Assembly: GCA_044229145.1 (NCBI GenBank)
Contig: JBGATO010000001.1
Span: forward strand, 97,210 to 161,209
Direction of reading: 5' to 3'
Length of the DNA: 64,000 nt
Source of the DNA: Candidatus Eiseniibacteriota bacterium
Lineage (GTDB): Bacteria > Eisenbacteria > RBG-16-71-46 > CAZEPH01
This document shows, piece by piece, positions 60,578-64,000 of this stretch. The stretch's first letter is position 1, and every line of letters starts with the position of its first letter. Below the pieces are notes generated by a model. The model was given only the letters and a program-made list of their open reading frames with translations, did no database searches and was not told the DNA's origin. The position numbers and the translations under genes were made by a program.

Positions 60578-61048
60578 ATGAAGCGCTTGCTTTCGTCCCT
60601 CGCCGTGCTTGCGTGTCTCGCCCTGCCAATCGCCGCGTCCGCGGCCTGGTACGGCACCGCCACGCTCGGCCCGTCGGGTGACCCCGACTCGTACGGCACT
60701 GCCACCATCAGCATCGACAACAACAACTTCATGACGGTGTTCGTCGAGGTGTGGAACCTCGACCCGAACACGTCGCACGTCGACCACATCCACACCGGCA
60801 CCTGCTCGGCGCAGGGGCCCGTGTACGTCGGCCTGTCGAACATCACCTGCGACGCGACCGGTCACGGCTCCAACACCACCAACGTCCAGCTCAACGCGAC
60901 GCAGGTGGCCACCATCACCGGCTCGCCGGTGTACGTGAACGTGCACCACCAGACGACGTTTGCGGGCATCACCTGCGGTAACGTGGTGATCGGCGCGACG
61001 CCGAACAAGCCGGGCACGTGGGGCACCGTGAAGGCGCTCTACCGGTAG
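60578..61048 (+). CDS. Secreted CHRD-like domain protein with C-terminal TWGTVKALYR tail
   Basis: Signal peptide, HIHTG.C...GPV, YVNVH; GGAGG RBS. Confidence 0.75.
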   Translation: MKRLLSSLAVLACLALPIAASAAWYGTATLGPSGDPDSYGTATISIDNNNFMTVFVEVWNLDPNTSHVDHIHTGTCSAQGPVYVGLSNITCDATGHGSNTTNVQLNATQVATITGSPVYVNVHHQTTFAGITCGNVVIGATPNKPGTWGTVKALYR

Positions 61049-61062
61049 ACGCATCCTTCGCC

Positions 61063-61108
61063 CGCAACGCGAACGGCCCCGCGGGAGGCGGGGCCGTTTT
61101 GCGTTGCG
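61063..61108. terminator. Intrinsic terminator hairpin between convergent CHRD-like gene and miaB
   Basis: AACGGCCCCGC-GGGAG-GCGGGGCCGTT followed by TT; outer arms CGCAACGC/GCGTTGCG. Confidence 0.75.
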
Positions 61109-61125
61109 CGCTGTGTGGTCGCGCG

Positions 61126-62478
61126 TCAGTCGAGCATGGTGACCGGAATCGCCAGCGCCGGCGTGACGTCGCGCACGAACTCGCCGTGCAGCACGAGGCC
61201 TTGCGCGTCGAGCACGCGCGCTTCCACCAGCCGGCCCATGAGCGCGTTGGCATCGCCCGGGAACAGGAATGTCTTGTTGGTGCGCGTCTTGGCGAGCAGG
61301 CGGCCGTCCTTCTTGTTGAGGCCTTCGACGAGAACTTCCTGCGTCGTGCCGACCAGCGCTTGGTTCTTCTCGCGCGAGATGCGTGCTTGCAGCGCGTTCA
61401 CCGCTTCGAGGCGACGCTGGCGGACATCGCCATCCACCGCGTCGCGCGCTTCGAGCTTCTCCGCCGGCGTGCCGGGACGCATCGAGTACTTGAAGACGTA
61501 CGCGGCGTCGTAGCGCACCTGCTCCATGAGCGAGAGCGTCTCCTCGAACTCCGCATCCGTCTCGCCCGGGAAGCCGACGATGATGTCGGTGGTGAGCGCG
61601 ATGTCTGGCAGCACGCGGCGCACTTCGGCGATGGTGTCGAGATATTCCTCACGCGTGTAGTGGCGCGACATGCGGCGCAACGTGCGGCTCGAGCCCGCCT
61701 GCACCGGCAGGTGGAGATACTCCATCAACGTCGGCTCGTCGCGCAGCGCCTCGATGATGCGCGCGTTCATGTCGATCGGATGCGACGTCGTGAAGCGCAC
61801 GCGCCACAGCCCCGGCACCTGCGCAACGTGGCGCAACAGCGCGGCGAAATCGATGTCCTGCCAGTGGTAGCTATTGACGTTCTGGCCAAGCAGCGTGATC
61901 TCGCGCGTGCCGTTGGTGACCAGCGACTGCACTTCGCCGAGGATGTGGCCGAGCGCCTTCGGCCGCTCGACGCCGCGCGTCATCGGCACGATGCAGTAGG
62001 TGCACTTCTTGTCGCAGCCGATGGTCGCGGTGACGAAACCCTTGAGCGATCCCTCACGGCCTTCGATGCGCGGATAGTAGGCAGGATCGTCGTTGACGCT
62101 GACGTCGACGACGCGCGTGCCGAAGTCGCGCAGCGCGTTCACGTGCTCCGGGAGACGGTGATAGGTGTCCGGCCCGAGCACGATGTCGACCGCCGGCGAC
62201 TTGCGCATGAGATCGCGGCCCATGCGCTGCGCCATGCAGCCCGCCACCGCGAACACCACCGGCTTGCGCTCCTTGAGCGGCATCAGTTCGCCGATGCGGC
62301 CGATGATGCGCGTCTCCGCCTTGTCGCGGATCGCGCAGGTGTTGAGCAGCAAGAGGTCGGTGTCCGGCATGCTGTCCGCCGGCTCCCAGCCGTGCTGGCC
62401 GAGCACCGTCTCGATGAACGCGCTGTCGTATTCGTTCATCTGGCAGCCGTAGGTTTCGACGAAATACTTGAGCGCCAT
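61126..62478 (-). CDS. miaB: tRNA-2-methylthio-N6-isopentenyladenosine synthase
   Basis: ETYGCQMNEYDS, NTCAIR, GCMAQ, GCDKKCTYCIVP, TDIIVGFPGET, C-terminal TRAM. Confidence 0.95.
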   Translation of the reverse strand: MALKYFVETYGCQMNEYDSAFIETVLGQHGWEPADSMPDTDLLLLNTCAIRDKAETRIIGRIGELMPLKERKPVVFAVAGCMAQRMGRDLMRKSPAVDIVLGPDTYHRLPEHVNALRDFGTRVVDVSVNDDPAYYPRIEGREGSLKGFVTATIGCDKKCTYCIVPMTRGVERPKALGHILGEVQSLVTNGTREITLLGQNVNSYHWQDIDFAALLRHVAQVPGLWRVRFTTSHPIDMNARIIEALRDEPTLMEYLHLPVQAGSSRTLRRMSRHYTREEYLDTIAEVRRVLPDIALTTDIIVGFPGETDAEFEETLSLMEQVRYDAAYVFKYSMRPGTPAEKLEARDAVDGDVRQRRLEAVNALQARISREKNQALVGTTQEVLVEGLNKKDGRLLAKTRTNKTFLFPGDANALMGRLVEARVLDAQGLVLHGEFVRDVTPALAIPVTMLD

Positions 62479-62656
62479 CGCCGCGCGCGGTCCTCCTTCG
62501 GATTCGGCGCGCCACGCGGCGCGCGAGGTGAGGCGCAGAGAGTACCAGACTCGCGGCGAGTTAGGGCCGACAAACTCGCGCCTGGGCGACTCCCCCGCTT
62601 GCCAGCGCCGGACGCGGCGGGCAGAGTCGGGCGCATCCACGGAGGGAGGCTCGCGC

Positions 62657-63832
62657 ATGGACGGCACGCTCGCCGGAGTGCTCGCAGGAGTAGTGGTGGT
62701 CGCGGTGGCGGTGCTCGCGTTCGTCTGGGGCGCGCGCCGGGAGCGCGGCAGTGCCGCGGCGTCGCGCGACGCGTTCCAGGCGGTCGCGGCCGACGCGCTC
62801 GATTCCGCCTCGCGGCGGTTCCTCGATCTCGCCGAGACGCGGTTCGCGCGCTTGCAGGACAGCGCCGCCGCGCAGCTCGCGCAACGCGAGACCGCGATTC
62901 GCGGGCTGGTCGAGCCGGTCACCGATGCATTGTCGCGCGTCGATCGCACGCTCGCCGACATCGAGAAGGAACGCCACGGCCAGTTTAGCGCATTGACGCA
63001 GCAGATCACGTCGCTTGGCGAGGCGGAGCGGTTGCTTCGCCAGGAAACCGCGCAGCTCGCGCAGGCCATGCGCTCTCCCGGCGTGCGCGGCCGCTGGGGC
63101 GAGTTGCAGTTGCGCCGCGTCGTCGAACTCGCCGGCCTCACCGAGCACTGCGACTTCGAGACGCAAGCACACGTCGTCACCGACAGCGGCCGCTTGCGGC
63201 CCGACCTCGTCGTGCATCTGCCTGGCGAGCGCGTCGTCGTCGTGGACGCGAAGACGCCGCTCGACGCGTACCTCGCGATGGTGGAAGCCGAATCGGATGA
63301 CGAACGAGACGCCGCGTGGCGTGGCCACGCGCGGCAGGTGCGCGACCATCGCGCGAAGTTGGCGAGCAAGGCGTATTGGAGTCAGTTCGCGCACTCGCCC
63401 GAGTTCGTCGTGATGTTCTTGCCCGGCGAGGCGTTCTTCAGCGCGGCGGTGCATGCCGACCCGACGCTACTCGACGGCACTGCGCAAGATGCGCAGGTGA
63501 TCCTCGCGAGTCCGACGACGTTGATCGCCCTGCTGCGCGCGGTGGCGCACGGATGGCGACAGGAAGCGCTGGCCGACAACGCGCGCGAGTTGAGCGCGAC
63601 GGCGCATCAGTTGTGCGAGCGGTTGGCGGGCTTCAGCGAGTCGCTGTCGAAGGTCGGGCGCGGGTTGTCGAGCGCGGTGGATGCGTACAACGGAGCGATC
63701 GGCACGTGGGATAGTCGGGTGGTGGTGAGTGCGCGGCGGTTGGGAGAGCTTGGTGTCGTGCGCGCGGCGGATGTGCCGGAGCTCCCGCCGGTGGACCGGC
63801 GGGCACGGGAAGCCGCGGGCCACGACGCCTAA
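62657..63832 (+). CDS. rmuC: DNA recombination protein RmuC
   Basis: N-terminal TM, coiled coil, RGRWGELQL, RPDLVVHLP, VDAK, FVVMFLP, SPTTL. Confidence 0.93.
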   Translation: MDGTLAGVLAGVVVVAVAVLAFVWGARRERGSAAASRDAFQAVAADALDSASRRFLDLAETRFARLQDSAAAQLAQRETAIRGLVEPVTDALSRVDRTLADIEKERHGQFSALTQQITSLGEAERLLRQETAQLAQAMRSPGVRGRWGELQLRRVVELAGLTEHCDFETQAHVVTDSGRLRPDLVVHLPGERVVVVDAKTPLDAYLAMVEAESDDERDAAWRGHARQVRDHRAKLASKAYWSQFAHSPEFVVMFLPGEAFFSAAVHADPTLLDGTAQDAQVILASPTTLIALLRAVAHGWRQEALADNARELSATAHQLCERLAGFSESLSKVGRGLSSAVDAYNGAIGTWDSRVVVSARRLGELGVVRAADVPELPPVDRRAREAAGHDA

Positions 63833-63974
63833 TCCGGCACGCGCTGGGCTACTTGGAAAGCGTGATGCGGTGACCGTGCGCGACGCAGGGCCGCGAGGCG
63901 ACAGCCGTTGCGGCCCTGCGTCCTCCGGAGCGAAACGGCGCGAAGCGCAAGGCGCCCGCTCCGTGGCCATGCGT

Positions 63975-64000
63975 CTAGCGCCACATCGCCTTCATGCGTC
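63975..64000 (-). CDS. 3' end of a gene entering from beyond the window (…xRMKAMWR*)
   Basis: Reverse strand reads (n)GA CGC ATG AAG GCG ATG TGG CGC TAG; only 8 codons visible. Confidence 0.4.

Overview
High-GC bacterial chromosomal segment, densely coding and mostly housekeeping. No mobile element, prophage or CRISPR array was seen. Lineage is inferred only loosely: DUF3467, DUF5683 and a TWGxxKxxYR C-terminal tail point to an Eisenbacteria/Krumholzibacteria/Latescibacteria-like FCB-associated organism. Order of contents: LPS/surface-glycan genes (2x GT9, ICMT-family methyltransferase, WcaJ-like, GT4); MltD-like transglycosylase plus GT4; a minus-strand run tRNA-Thr, glmM, glmS, ridA, selD (in-frame UGA plus SECIS), tRNA-Sec, DUF5683, lepA, lepB, hemW; DUF3467, GH57, a small Cys-rich protein, a GNAT and a CysRS paralog lacking the anticodon domain; epimerase, DUF1611, nitrilase, DUF362, acyltransferase; pgeF, tatA, nfo; HDAC, CDF and a split permease pair; AlaX, amidohydrolase, MBL hydrolase; a reduced complex I operon nuoA-E-H-J-K-L-M-N; csrA; ECF sigma/anti-sigma/Spy-like; TMEM175, DUF502; thiS-thiG-tenI-like-thiE; two divergent GT-C-like membrane proteins; glpK; a secreted CHRD-like protein; miaB; rmuC. 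Several single-base frameshifts (GT9, lepA, methyltransferase, GT-C-like gene) look like long-read consensus errors. Best leads: the MshC-like ligase/GNAT cluster, the WGxxKxx[YW]R C-terminal tag (one full and one partial copy), the nuo operon lacking B/C/D/F/G/I, a CDS whose start lies in or before tRNA-Sec, and thiG in frame with a TenI-like domain across one TAG. All family calls are by motif recognition, not database search.
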